IMG/VR virus record: IMGVR_UViG_2834631226_000004
Span: 1-64,000 of that record
Origin: a virus
Lineage: Duplodnaviria > Caudoviricetes
DNA: 64,000 nucleotides
Direction: 5' to 3' (one strand)
The notes beneath the pieces are model-generated. The model worked only from the letters and a program-made list of their open reading frames with translations, was not told the DNA's origin and did not search any database. This document shows, one piece after another, positions 24,243-34,335 of the stretch. The translations under genes were made by a program, and so were the position numbers. Within the stretch, counting starts at the first letter, position 1, and each line of letters begins with the position of its first letter.

Positions 24243-27122
24243 TTACCTCTTGAATGCTTGAGCAACGATTGTGGAATTGACAGGGGTTGCCCCCTGCGGC
24301 GTTGCGGTCAGCCTGAACGTGGTTTGAGTGCGGCCGCTTGGCGGGTTGAACAGGTACGTCGTAGAGCCAAGGAGGCGCGCTGCACCGGCTGGTGGCGTCG
24401 TTTTCGAGAACACCAGGAAGGTTTCAACATCGACGGCGTCAGTGACGTTTCGAAGCGTGAAGGTCACATAAGCACCATCGGTGGATGTGCCCGAATACAC
24501 CTTCCCGACCACCTCCACCTGAACTCGGGGAGAACCTGCGCCGTGAGTGAGCGTAATATCGACAGACCCGTTTCCTGGAAGAACATCAGACGCAGCCGCG
24601 GTGATTGCTCCGGGATCGATATTCGACGTACCGACAGTTAGCGTGCCGATGTAAGCGCTCGAAATATCGACATTGCCAAGAACGGCCGAGAACGCAGAAA
24701 GGGTGTTAGCCCTGATGTCATTCGCGTAGAGGACGCCATCCTGCACCGTGAAGGGCCGCTTGATAGTTGCCCCATCGTCGCTCGCTACAACAAATTGGCC
24801 GGCCTGAACGATCACGCGCGTTGGCAGTGCGGGGTTAGCGGGAACATCCAACAGCAACGACGCGGCACGATATGCGCCGTCATTGGCAGCGGCCGTCACG
24901 CCATACCGCGCTGCGTATCCTGATGGAGCAGCGATGGCAGCCCATGCGACATTGACGAACGCCGAACTGCCGCCCAGTGCTGCCGTTAGCGTTTCGACCT
25001 TGCCCGCGACAGCCATGGTTTCATTCACGGCAAGCTGGATATCCTCACGATATTCAGCGCGGGCCGCGCCCAACTCGACAGACAGTTCTCTGGCAAGCTT
25101 CCGCGTGTCTTTGTACGCGACCGTTGCCAGCTCCATCTGGGCGGCGATGAGGCCGTCGATGGCATCCTGCGCTGTTCGCGTGCTATTTCGCAGCCAGCCG
25201 AGGGCCTCTTCAACGCCGGTAAGGTCGACATCAACGAACACATCCTTATCAGAAAGCAGGATATTCGGCGTGATGACGGGAATAAACCCGGACCACAACA
25301 CCGGCCTGTCGCCGCCAGGAATGTATCGACCGCGGACAACGTAGCTTTCAGCCGGAAGGAGGCTTTGCGAGATGAGCATCGAGCCAACCTGCGGCTGGTC
25401 GGTTCGGCCTTCGGAGACCTTCTCCAGCGTCGCCTGTAGTCTCACCTCGTATTCGATGCCGATCACGTCATCGAGGCGCCCATCGCTGTTATCCCAGGTC
25501 AGCCGAATAGCCGGTCGCCGATCTTCACCGGAGCTATCCTTGACAGTGGCAGGTTCCGCAAACCAGTCGACAATAGGCTGTGGCGTTGGACGAATGACGC
25601 CAAGCTGGCCGTCAACCGGCGGCTTGAACTCGGTATCGCTGCTCCAGTCGTAATCGGCCGGATCCACCTCAGTGATGTCGATCATCACATCGAGGTTCGC
25701 ACGATCAGCAACGCCGTCGATCCGCATCAGCTTGGCGATGTAGCCGTTGCGTTCTGACGTCCACGAGAACACCGTTCCCGGCGTGGCGTAGGCCCAGAAC
25801 TTTGGCGGCAACACAATAGTATGCCTGCGAAAGCGCCGAGCCTCCTCAAGCGCCGATTTCATCAAGCGCTGAACCTGTTCCGGATAGGGAACGAAGTTCA
25901 GGTCGACGTCAGCCATCAGTCGGCGGTTGCCGTCGATCGCTTCAAGGTCAGTTCGATAGAGCGGCGGGGCTGTCTTGGCGACCCAGCCATCTGCCGGCGA
26001 GGGATAGTTTGCCGAAACCCCGTTGATGGTGTCAGCCAGTCCGAGGAACGGCGTGAACTCCTGCTCTTCCGTCGACAGGATATCGTCGTCCGTGAAGGCG
26101 ATAACAGGAGCGTCAGGTGCACCGGAGTGGAGATAGTAGACGCCACCGACTTCCGAAATCCTGCCCTGGCAAGCCGTCAGCAACGCTTCGACGGCGGAGG
26201 TCAGAGGTGCGTCGACCTGTATTTCTCCGCCGCTGCGGTAGGTGTTCACCCAGCCGGTCGACTCCAATGTGCCGGCGCGATGCTTCTCGATCTGCGCAAT
26301 CCATGCCGCGGCAGGCAGGCGTGAAGAGGAAAGGTTCTGGAGACCATAGAACCACTGGCCGTTATAGGTGATGCCGCGCAGCAGATTGTAGATCTGCACT
26401 GCAGGCAGGAAGTCACCGTCCCCGCCCCATGTCGCTGGATCTGCAAATCGCTGCGGACCGACACCGCCTTGAGTGCTGTCACGCGAGATATCGTAGAGGC
26501 GCAGCCCTTCGAGCACGAACTTGAAGGACGGCACGCCCGAAAACATGTTCTTCGAGACGCGAGCGGTGACGATGGCATAAGCAACGCCGCGCCCTATACG
26601 ATCCGGGTTCCACCACCTGTTGCCGTTCGACACGGACGTGAACAGGAAGCTATCCGCCGTCGTCTGCGTGCCGTCGTAGAACTTGACCCAGAGACTGTCC
26701 GGATACTCGTTGACCGAATAGCCGCGATCAGTCAGGCCGCCGAGCGTCACCAGCTCGCCATTGACCCAGACTTCAGCAAGGCCACGCACCGGCAAGTCCG
26801 ACAGCGCAATGACCTGCGTCAGATAGGCGTTCGGCGTGTCACCGTCCTGCCCCCAGGTGTTGACGAACACGAGAGAGCCAGCGGTAGCCGTGCGGCCCAT
26901 TATGAATGAGCGAGGAACATCGCCGCCGCCTTGCAGTGTGCCGTTAATCGAGAACGTCGGGTCTTTCGGCTTGCCCGCAAGAGACTGGGCGAGAAGGCTA
27001 AGGCCAACGCCAACGGCGGTCTTCAGCAGGAACGCACCGACTGCGCCAAGGCCGCCAATAAATCCAGAGACAGCCGAAATCGCGCCGCCGATCGCAGCCG
27101 CGATGCCAGAAAAGATAGCCAT
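24243..27122 (-). CDS. Central tail tip / host-specificity protein (J-like)
   Basis: 959 aa; PRSFIMGRTATAG, GVAYAIVT, LL.ACQGRI.EVGG.Y; position after the distal tail genes. Confidence 0.85.
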   Translation of the reverse strand: MAIFSGIAAAIGGAISAVSGFIGGLGAVGAFLLKTAVGVGLSLLAQSLAGKPKDPTFSINGTLQGGGDVPRSFIMGRTATAGSLVFVNTWGQDGDTPNAYLTQVIALSDLPVRGLAEVWVNGELVTLGGLTDRGYSVNEYPDSLWVKFYDGTQTTADSFLFTSVSNGNRWWNPDRIGRGVAYAIVTARVSKNMFSGVPSFKFVLEGLRLYDISRDSTQGGVGPQRFADPATWGGDGDFLPAVQIYNLLRGITYNGQWFYGLQNLSSSRLPAAAWIAQIEKHRAGTLESTGWVNTYRSGGEIQVDAPLTSAVEALLTACQGRISEVGGVYYLHSGAPDAPVIAFTDDDILSTEEQEFTPFLGLADTINGVSANYPSPADGWVAKTAPPLYRTDLEAIDGNRRLMADVDLNFVPYPEQVQRLMKSALEEARRFRRHTIVLPPKFWAYATPGTVFSWTSERNGYIAKLMRIDGVADRANLDVMIDITEVDPADYDWSSDTEFKPPVDGQLGVIRPTPQPIVDWFAEPATVKDSSGEDRRPAIRLTWDNSDGRLDDVIGIEYEVRLQATLEKVSEGRTDQPQVGSMLISQSLLPAESYVVRGRYIPGGDRPVLWSGFIPVITPNILLSDKDVFVDVDLTGVEEALGWLRNSTRTAQDAIDGLIAAQMELATVAYKDTRKLARELSVELGAARAEYREDIQLAVNETMAVAGKVETLTAALGGSSAFVNVAWAAIAAPSGYAARYGVTAAANDGAYRAASLLLDVPANPALPTRVIVQAGQFVVASDDGATIKRPFTVQDGVLYANDIRANTLSAFSAVLGNVDISSAYIGTLTVGTSNIDPGAITAAASDVLPGNGSVDITLTHGAGSPRVQVEVVGKVYSGTSTDGAYVTFTLRNVTDAVDVETFLVFSKTTPPAGAARLLGSTTYLFNPPSGRTQTTFRLTATPQGATPVNSTIVAQAFKR

Positions 27123-27180
27123 CGATTTTCCTTGGGATGCGCGTTGCGCGCGGGGCGCGGATGGCGCCGAAGGAATGCCG

Positions 27181-27609
27181 CTAGAGCGGCTTCATGAAAT
27201 GAGTTTCGACAGCGCTGTAGCCGCGCCGCTCGTAAAGGCTGGAGACGTCATTAGTTGCCAGCGAAGCCATTCCGGCCGAGACGCATCCGACCGACCGCGC
27301 CCACGTCTCATATGCGTCTAGCATCTGAATCGCGCCCCGACCGCGTGCCGCTGGCGTGACGTACCAGACCGTCTCCTTGGCAATTCGACCAGCGCCAAAG
27401 GGATGTTCAAAGGCACAGGCCATCAGGACGCCTTGTGCGGGCTTGCCTGCGACGAGAACGCAGGCCTTGTCCGACGCCAGATGCTGCTGAAACAGCCGAT
27501 CGGCGTAGGCTGCCTGAAATGGGAACGTAAACCCGGCGGCTTCATGGCTCTCACGCAGGAGCGCCACAACGCGGTCGCGGTCCTCAGCGGTAGCGAAGCG
27601 GACGTCCAT
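27181..27609 (-). CDS. GNAT-family N-acetyltransferase within the tail operon
   Basis: VRFATAED, VWYVTPAARGRGA..ML.A.E.WA..GC, LYERRGY. Confidence 0.8.
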   Translation of the reverse strand: MDVRFATAEDRDRVVALLRESHEAAGFTFPFQAAYADRLFQQHLASDKACVLVAGKPAQGVLMACAFEHPFGAGRIAKETVWYVTPAARGRGAIQMLDAYETWARSVGCVSAGMASLATNDVSSLYERRGYSAVETHFMKPL

Positions 27610-28274
27610 CAGAAGATTCCTAAAAACTTTTTCCGCTTCGGCTGCGTGGCGACCTTGCCCTTTTCCGAGCCCCAGAAGAATTCCCACTCCGAAGACGTGT
27701 CAGCATCGGTGTAGAATGCATCTCCGGCCTGTCGCAGTACCTGCATGGCATGACTGCGCGTCGACGGGTTGGATCGCGTCATTTCCTGCGTATGGCTCGC
27801 GCAAACCATCGTAACGCTACCCTCCTCATCCTCAGAAGGTGTGTTGATCGTGATGGTGTCGACAAACCCCACGAAGCGGCACTCCGCAGGCGCCACCATC
27901 TGGCGACTGTCCGGGTCGAAAAGTCCTCGGTAAATCTCGACGCGGGCCTGACGGCAATCGTATTGCCGCACCAGCGTCTGGACGTGTTCACTCACCTGCG
28001 ACAGGCGGATACTGACGTTCTGCACCGAAAGGTTGGCGACGAGCGGAATGTCATCGATCTGCACCAGCGTGCCGGAGCCGTACCAATCACGGGTGACTGG
28101 CAAGCCTGTATCCGGATGGACGATGGTGGCCGACACGTTGCCTACATCCGACCACATGCCATCAGTGACAGGCGCACCGGTTGCCCGATCGCGCGCGACA
28201 AACCAGAGGAAGTCGCGCGCCACCAGTTGCCGCACCTCAAGCGCAGCAAGGTTTTCTGCTGATATGTTTCTCAT
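27609..28274 (-). CDS. Tail tip/hub protein
   Basis: ARVEIYRGLFDP..RFVGFVDTITI..SH.Q..R..GD.F; tail operon position. Confidence 0.7.
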   Translation of the reverse strand: MRNISAENLAALEVRQLVARDFLWFVARDRATGAPVTDGMWSDVGNVSATIVHPDTGLPVTRDWYGSGTLVQIDDIPLVANLSVQNVSIRLSQVSEHVQTLVRQYDCRQARVEIYRGLFDPDSRQMVAPAECRFVGFVDTITINTPSEDEEGSVTMVCASHTQEMTRSNPSTRSHAMQVLRQAGDAFYTDADTSSEWEFFWGSEKGKVATQPKRKKFLGIF

Positions 28275-28282
28275 GATACCCC

Positions 28283-28927
28283 TTAGCGGGCTTCAATCGC
28301 CTGAAACGTGACTGTGCCGCGACCCGTCGCCGTGTCAGCAGTCGTCGAGATCGAGCCTGGCACGATCGCCATGATGCAGGACGGCTTGACCAGCGTAGCG
28401 GCGACAGGGGCCACCACACCCGGCCACAGATGCGGGCGGACCTCAAACTGCGTTGTCACGCCGCCTGCGCCGGCCGTCACAGGCTCCATCACCATATGCA
28501 GGTCTTTGTCGCCGATCTGGATGTAATCGCCGACCGTGACCTTGTAGCCAGCAGGCAAGCCCGAGAGCGAAACTGCCTTGCGATTGGCGGCGATAGTTGC
28601 CACCTGCCCCACCCCGGCGAATGCGCCGCCGGTTGGCCAACTGCCGTTCGGATACGCCACCGGGAAACAGCGAGATTTCGGAAAGGCGCGGAACGTCTTG
28701 AGCCCGTTTTCCAAGCTCGTGAGCCGCGCGCGCCAGTAATCCAGTTCGTTCGGCTTCATCGAGCGCGATTGCGCTGTCATCTGCCAGAGTGGCGAACCCA
28801 TATCCTTGACGACCGTTTGGCCGCCGACAGTGCGCGACTGTTCTTGCCGCCAGAGCAGGCTGAACTCGGTCGACCAGCCTGGGAACTCGTCGAAAAACGA
28901 AGTTGGGAGCGGGTATGAAATTGTCAT
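28283..28927 (-). CDS. Distal tail protein-like
   Basis: First gene after the tape measure; GSPLWQM..W.A.L.SL.NG pattern. Confidence 0.65.
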   Translation of the reverse strand: MTISYPLPTSFFDEFPGWSTEFSLLWRQEQSRTVGGQTVVKDMGSPLWQMTAQSRSMKPNELDYWRARLTSLENGLKTFRAFPKSRCFPVAYPNGSWPTGGAFAGVGQVATIAANRKAVSLSGLPAGYKVTVGDYIQIGDKDLHMVMEPVTAGAGGVTTQFEVRPHLWPGVVAPVAATLVKPSCIMAIVPGSISTTADTATGRGTVTFQAIEAR

Positions 28928-29014
28928 TGTGTCTCCGCCGTTGGGTGGCCGCAAAGGAACAAAGCTCGCAACCGCGCATTTCCCCCGGCGCAATCAACAA
29001 CCGGAGGAAATCCC

Positions 29015-29509
29015 ATGAAATCGCTTGCAGACATTTTCGAGCACACGCTGCAGGACGTCTACTACGCAGAGAACGCCATTACGAAGGCGCTGCCGAAGGT
29101 AGCGAAGGCCGCCCAAAGCGCCGAATTGAAGAAGGCCGCCGAGGATCATCTCGCGGAGACAAAGGACCAGATCAAAAAACTCGATCAGGTCTTTAAATCC
29201 ATTGGCAAGAAAGCCTCCGGTGAAAAGTGCGACGCGATTGAAGGCTTGATCAAGGAAGCCGACAGTCTCATGAAAGAGGCAGAAGGTACCGCGCTAGACG
29301 CCGGCCTTCTTGCTGCGTGCCAGGCAGTAGAGCACTACGAGATCGCCCGCTACGGTTCGCTGCGCGAATGGGCCAAGGATCTCGGCCACGACGAAGCGCA
29401 CAAGATACTGAGCGAAATCCTCGACCAGGAAAAGGCTACGAACAACAAGCTGACTAACCTCGCCGTCACGTCAATCAATAAGACGTCGGCTGCAAAGAAA
29501 GCTGCCTAA
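29015..29509 (+). CDS. Ferritin-like DUF892 (YciE/YciF family) moron
   Basis: LQDVYYAE..I.KALPK..HLAET..Q..L..VF..KCDAIEGLIKE..AAC QAVEHYEIARYGSL..E..T..L. Confidence 0.9.
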   Translation: MKSLADIFEHTLQDVYYAENAITKALPKVAKAAQSAELKKAAEDHLAETKDQIKKLDQVFKSIGKKASGEKCDAIEGLIKEADSLMKEAEGTALDAGLLAACQAVEHYEIARYGSLREWAKDLGHDEAHKILSEILDQEKATNNKLTNLAVTSINKTSAAKKAA

Positions 29510-29520
29510 AGCAGGTTGCC

Positions 29521-29546
29521 AAGGCCTCCCCAATCGGGAGGCCTTT
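29521..29546. terminator. Intrinsic terminator-like hairpin
   Basis: AAGGCCTCCC-CAATC-GGGAGGCCTTT. Confidence 0.7.
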
Positions 29547-31907
29547 CTACCCCAACTTCACGTTTCGCTTCTGAGCCGACCGAACTGCCGCTTCAACACG
29601 GCTCTGCAGTTCGCCTTGCATTTTGGCCAACGCCTTTTCCTGTCTTGCGACGGCTTCAACAGATGCGCCGCGATTGTCTACGACAGGATTGAAGTTGACG
29701 ACGACACCCGCCGACTGCGCGGACATGGATCGCAAACTCGGCACACTCGGGACCGAAATCCCGACCGGGCCGCCGTTGGCGTAGCCTTTGCGGAGCGCTT
29801 CAACTGCCCCTACTCCACCGGCCCGCGCCACGTCAGCTTGCGACCACACGACTTCGCCTTTGTGAACGATGCCGGCAGGCTGATATTTGCCGCCCGGACC
29901 AGTAAAGCCGCCCTCGGAGAATAGGCCTCCCGAGATCGCCCCTGATTGAATGCCAGCCCACTGTGAGCCACCGCCGAACAAGCTCAGCAGTCCGCCCAGA
30001 AGCCCGCCACCGCCGCCACCAGCAGCGTTGTTGACCTTGAAGATGCTATTGAGCACATCGTCCAGAAGCGCATCTGCAATGCGGCTGAGCGCGCCAGCAA
30101 ATGCATCCGCGGCACTCTCGCCATGGATTAAATCATCGATAAAGCCGCGCGTTGCGTCTCTCGCAACGTTGTTCCACTCATTCAGCTTCTGCTGTTCCTC
30201 TTGCGCTTTCCTAAGCGCCTCAGATTGCCGAGCATATGCAGCAGACTCCTGCTCGATTGCGGCAATCTTGTCGGGCGAAAGCGTGATGCTCTCGAGGTCT
30301 TTTTCGCCCTTCTTGCGCGCCTCTTCGCGAAGGTCTGCCAGCGCCTTTTGCTCCAGGTCTAGCGCTGTACGGCGCTTAACTTGAGCCTCGTTGGACAAGC
30401 CAATAAGGTTCATTTCCTGGCGCAACGCCTCAGTCCTATCTCGGACAGCCTGAAGGTCTTCCGCGAAGCGGTCAGATGCCGTCTTCTTTGGAGCCCTTGC
30501 TCGCTTCGGCGCACCGAAACCTCTGTTTTTGTCAGTGTCCAGATCTGACGGTCGGCGTTCTGGTGTGGGGCCGTTGTCCGGTAGGGGAAACTGCGTTCCT
30601 TGGATTGTGGCGTCAGCGCCAAATTGGGAATCCTGCTGGCCTGCTCCGCGCCACGTCCTCGGATCATTGATCTTGGAGGTCGCAACAGAGGTGACCTCAT
30701 TGACCTTTTGGACGCTATCCGCTGCAGTCAGCGCTGCCGCCGACAGTGTGGAGAAGTATTTGGCGAACTCAGCGAGTGCAGGAATACCAGTGCTGTTGAT
30801 CGCCGCGCTTAGAGCGGCCTGCACTCGGTCGACATCTTCAGTCTGTGCCTTGCCTTCTTCGGCAGCCTTCGCGAAGTCATTGAATGCTGACTGGAGGTTC
30901 TTGATAACGTCAGCTTCTTCACCTGCAGACTGAAGTTGCGAAACCAGATCGGCAATGGTGGCGCGCGTACTTTCGACCTCTTGGCGGACGTCAGCGAGCG
31001 TATTGGTATTTACAATGTCGGCGCCCTTGGTGAGATCGGCATTGTCCTGCGCTCGTTTCAGTTGGTCGGCGTAGTCGCGCAAAGCGGGAACGGCATCGCC
31101 CCAGCGTTCGGCGACCGCAGCAATCAGCGCAGCCTGCTGTTTGAGCACTTCGGCGGACTTATCGCCTTCGCTCATAATCGTCGAAAAGTACTGAAATGCC
31201 GCCGTGCCTGCGGCGATGACGCCAATCGTTACCAGCGACAACGGAGAGATCACCGACGCGAAAGCAGCCGCAAGACCTTGGCCGACACCCTGCCCGCTAT
31301 CTTTTATCTGCTGCAGGACGGCCGAAAGCTGGGTGCCCTGCTGCAGGGCGATCTGGATGGGAGACATCCCCATCGCTGCGGTAACGCCGATGTCCTGGAA
31401 CTGGGCGGCAATGTTTGCGGTATTGAAGCTGTTGCCGCTACTTGTAGTGACCGTAGCCTTTAGTGCGGCGTTGCGACCCTTAATGGCCGCGGTCGACGCA
31501 AGTGCCGCCTGTCGCTCTCTCTGAATCGCAGACGCCATCTCGTTGGCAGAAATTGCGCCGGCGGCATGGGCCTGCCGAATTTCGGCGACCACGTTCTTAT
31601 AATTCGAAATTGTTGCGAACAACGGGCTGTATTTGGCGCGGAGGCGATCAAGCTCTTTCTGCTGATCAGCGAGAACCCCGTTCCATTCTTTTGCTGCCGT
31701 CGTACCGATGCCGACCATGCTGTTGATGCGATCCTGCATCGAGGTGGTGAGCGAGTTGTTGATCGACTTGCCGGTAGCGGCAAAACGTTTCTCAATGCCG
31801 TTGGATGCCGCGCCTACGTCCGATACCAGCCGATTTAGCGCACGCTTTACGGTTGCAAGATCGGTGCTGATTGAGATAATCAGATCATCACTGTTGTTGC
31901 CGGCCAA
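29547..31907 (-). CDS. Tape measure protein (prophage), 786 aa
   Basis: NIAAQFQDIGV..SP.QIALQQG.QL motif and C-terminus shared with 4130..6472. Confidence 0.92.
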   Translation of the reverse strand: MAGNNSDDLIISISTDLATVKRALNRLVSDVGAASNGIEKRFAATGKSINNSLTTSMQDRINSMVGIGTTAAKEWNGVLADQQKELDRLRAKYSPLFATISNYKNVVAEIRQAHAAGAISANEMASAIQRERQAALASTAAIKGRNAALKATVTTSSGNSFNTANIAAQFQDIGVTAAMGMSPIQIALQQGTQLSAVLQQIKDSGQGVGQGLAAAFASVISPLSLVTIGVIAAGTAAFQYFSTIMSEGDKSAEVLKQQAALIAAVAERWGDAVPALRDYADQLKRAQDNADLTKGADIVNTNTLADVRQEVESTRATIADLVSQLQSAGEEADVIKNLQSAFNDFAKAAEEGKAQTEDVDRVQAALSAAINSTGIPALAEFAKYFSTLSAAALTAADSVQKVNEVTSVATSKINDPRTWRGAGQQDSQFGADATIQGTQFPLPDNGPTPERRPSDLDTDKNRGFGAPKRARAPKKTASDRFAEDLQAVRDRTEALRQEMNLIGLSNEAQVKRRTALDLEQKALADLREEARKKGEKDLESITLSPDKIAAIEQESAAYARQSEALRKAQEEQQKLNEWNNVARDATRGFIDDLIHGESAADAFAGALSRIADALLDDVLNSIFKVNNAAGGGGGGLLGGLLSLFGGGSQWAGIQSGAISGGLFSEGGFTGPGGKYQPAGIVHKGEVVWSQADVARAGGVGAVEALRKGYANGGPVGISVPSVPSLRSMSAQSAGVVVNFNPVVDNRGASVEAVARQEKALAKMQGELQSRVEAAVRSAQKRNVKLG

Positions 31908-31954
31908 GTCGGTGTCCTAACGTGAAAAAGCCCGCCAATGGCGAGCCGAGAAGG

Positions 31955-32407
31955 ATGGATATGCCCAAGTGCAAACGATGCGGGACAGACTATTATCTGG
32001 GCGGGAAGGACGGCCACTGCGTTGACTGTGAAGAAGCGGTCGCGAAAATCGACGGAGACGCCAAAAAGGAGTCGATCATCATGACGACTTCGATTGACGT
32101 GCCCAACCGTGAAGTAGATAGCGTCATATCGATCGTCGCGTCCGAAGCTGCTCTCGGCATGAACATTTTCAAAGACGTGGCCAACAATTGGCGCGATTTC
32201 GTTGGTGGTCGGGCAAATTCATCTCAAGCCTCGCTCAAGGAGGCACGTCTCGCGTGTTTGGATGGCCTCAGGTCAGAGGCCTACGCGGTAGGAGCTGACG
32301 CCGTGATATCCGTCGACCTAGATTACAACCAACTTGCTACGGGCGGCACCGGTGGCATCCTTTTCGTCGCCGCCACGGGTACAGCGGTCAAGCTGAAGCC
32401 AGCCTAA
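31955..32407 (+). CDS. YbjQ/UPF0145-like protein with N-terminal Zn finger (moron)
   Basis: CKRC..CVDC then MNIFKD..RDFVGGR..L..AR..L..A..GADAVISVDLDY..FV.ATGTAVK. Confidence 0.85.
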   Translation: MDMPKCKRCGTDYYLGGKDGHCVDCEEAVAKIDGDAKKESIIMTTSIDVPNREVDSVISIVASEAALGMNIFKDVANNWRDFVGGRANSSQASLKEARLACLDGLRSEAYAVGADAVISVDLDYNQLATGGTGGILFVAATGTAVKLKPA

Positions 32408-32963
32408 CCACCGTACTTCTTGATCAATTCGTCCATCTCTTCGTCAGACGGCGGCGCCACGGACTTTTTGGCTCCGTTCGCTTCGGCCTTGCCCTTCACC
32501 GCAAGGGTGAACTCGGTCAAGCTTGACGACCAGAATATTACTGGGGTCCAGCCGAGGCCGCCGAATGCGATCTTTTGCCAATCGCGCCAAGGGAAGGGTT
32601 CTTCTATGCCGCCTTTAGAGCGGCTTCCCCGTTTCCCTCGTCGTCCTCATCAAAATGATGAGACAGCGCCTCGGAAATCGCCTTGGCAACGGCGCCGAAG
32701 TGCTTCAGCTTCAGCGCACCAATTGCCGCGACTTTGTCGCCGCGGACGGTAAGCAGGTCGAGTGCGGCCACAGTAGCGGCCGGCTCGACGCCTGAAAGGC
32801 GAAGAAACAGATCAGACATGCTCTTGCAGGAAAGGCGCGAAGACACAGCCGCAAGACCGCCCATCTCGGCAACGATAACCAGCGGCACCTTGCCCACGAA
32901 CAGGCCGACTTCGCCCCGCGCGCCATTCACTTCAAGCGGGAACGGCTTTTCAGCATCAGCCAA
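32404..32963 (-). CDS. Tail chaperone gpGT made by -1 frameshift at G GGA AAC (32631-32637)
   Basis: The -1 frame reads GKRGSRSKGGIEEPFPWRDWQKIAFGGLGWTP..FW..SL.EF..KKYGG* and has no start codon of its own. Confidence 0.75.
32604..32963 (-). CDS. Tail assembly chaperone gpG
   Basis: TTG start with GGAGG RBS; between the tail tube and tape measure genes. Confidence 0.75.
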   Translation of the reverse strand: MADAEKPFPLEVNGARGEVGLFVGKVPLVIVAEMGGLAAVSSRLSCKSMSDLFLRLSGVEPAATVAALDLLTVRGDKVAAIGALKLKHFGAVAKAISEALSHHFDEDDEGNGEAALKAA

Positions 32964-32964
32964 A

Positions 32965-33396
32965 TTACACCTCCGCAACGAACGTCAGAACGCCGGCAGC
33001 AACGAACGTGGCCGTGAATTCCATGTTGCCCTCCATCTCGCCGCTGAACTCGAATTCAGAAACGAACCAAGGGCCGGTGTAAGTACCCAGGCCAGGAACG
33101 ATCACCTTGGCATTGAATTTGGTCGCGTCGTTGACGTGCGTCATGAACGCGGTGTTCGAAGCGCTCTTAATGAACTTGCCGGAACCAGAGAACGTGCGAT
33201 TCTTGATGCCCGGCTCTGCTGTTTTCTGCGGCGTATTCTCTGGATTAACGCAGTCCGTGATGGTCGTGTCGACCTCATTGGCGGACATATTGAAACTGCG
33301 GGTCGTGAGACCGCACAGGTTCGAAAAGACTTCAGGAGTTTCGCCGTCACCGATCTGGATGAGCAGCGTACGACCAATCTGTTGACCGTCGGCCAT
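32965..33396 (-). CDS. Major tail tube protein
   Basis: LCGLTTRSFNMSANEVDTT..C, FSGSG.F, F.VSEFEFSGE.EG..F.ATF.AG. Confidence 0.85.
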   Translation of the reverse strand: MADGQQIGRTLLIQIGDGETPEVFSNLCGLTTRSFNMSANEVDTTITDCVNPENTPQKTAEPGIKNRTFSGSGKFIKSASNTAFMTHVNDATKFNAKVIVPGLGTYTGPWFVSEFEFSGEMEGNMEFTATFVAAGVLTFVAEV

Positions 33397-33430
33397 TTGT
33401 AAACCTCAAAAAGTAGGAGTTGATGGCCAA

Positions 33431-33841
33431 TCAGGCCGGTGTCTCGACACGCGCGACAAACTCGGCGACACCGTGGGTCGTGACTTCGTCCGGGTCTTTG
33501 AAATGACGGGTGTCTTGCCGCGTGATCGATATCAATCGATGTGAGGGCAGCACTAATGGCGCTTCATCAAGAGCCTCGACGACCTCGTGAATGATTTCCT
33601 TTAGCTCCTTGAAGCCTCCGGAGTATTGCGACCAAACGTGGATCGTCACGTAGATGAGGTTCGACTTTAAACAGTCGACGTCATCCCTGATGACTTGGCT
33701 TTCGCCGTATTCGACGTATGGGAACGGTGCGTTGGTCGGCGGTCTATCATAAATTCTTTGCGCCACCTTCGCCGTCAGACCTGCTCGCGCCTTTAGCCTC
33801 GCAACGATGGCACCTTGGAGTTCTAGATCTAGGTTAGCCAT
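33431..33841 (-). CDS. Tail terminator (DUF3168 family)
   Basis: LQGAIVARLK..RIYDRPP..FPYV.YG..VTIHVWS..HGV..F.A. Confidence 0.85.
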   Translation of the reverse strand: MANLDLELQGAIVARLKARAGLTAKVAQRIYDRPPTNAPFPYVEYGESQVIRDDVDCLKSNLIYVTIHVWSQYSGGFKELKEIIHEVVEALDEAPLVLPSHRLISITRQDTRHFKDPDEVTTHGVAEFVARVETPA

Positions 33842-34335
33842 TACTTTTTCATGGCCTCCCTTACGCCACGCCAGACGGCGTCGTTGATGCGCTTCTTCGC
33901 TTTTGCCCTAAATGCTCGCCACGTCGGGAAAATATGCGGTTGCGCCCGCGTGCCAGGGTGCATCTTTGCGCCGGCCGCCTGCTTCTTGCCTGCAACCGTA
34001 CCGCCACCCTTCGCAACGTTATGCGGCCGTGTGCCGAACTCCAAAAAATGCCAAATCCACGCAGCGAAAACGCCAGTCGCATCCGGATCCTTGCTGGTCG
34101 ATGCACCGACAAGCGCTTTCGCAGTCGGTCTGTCAGAAATCTTGCCGCCCTGTATCGAGGCGGCGTAATCACCAGCCGTTGCGCTGTTACTTATCGGCGC
34201 CCGGTCGGAGATTTTATCGGCGGCCTCGGTAGCGATCTGTAGCTTCGCTTCTGCGGCGTATTTGTTGGCGAGCGGAGCGACCTGATTGAGCTTTTTCGTT
34301 AGCGCCTCGCGGCCCAGAACCTTTGCTTTAATCAC
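33841..34335 (-). CDS. HK97-gp10-like protein
   Basis: AP..GDYAASI, WHFLEFGTRPH, HPGTRAQPHIFP. Confidence 0.85.
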   Translation of the reverse strand: MIKAKVLGREALTKKLNQVAPLANKYAAEAKLQIATEAADKISDRAPISNSATAGDYAASIQGGKISDRPTAKALVGASTSKDPDATGVFAAWIWHFLEFGTRPHNVAKGGGTVAGKKQAAGAKMHPGTRAQPHIFPTWRAFRAKAKKRINDAVWRGVREAMKK

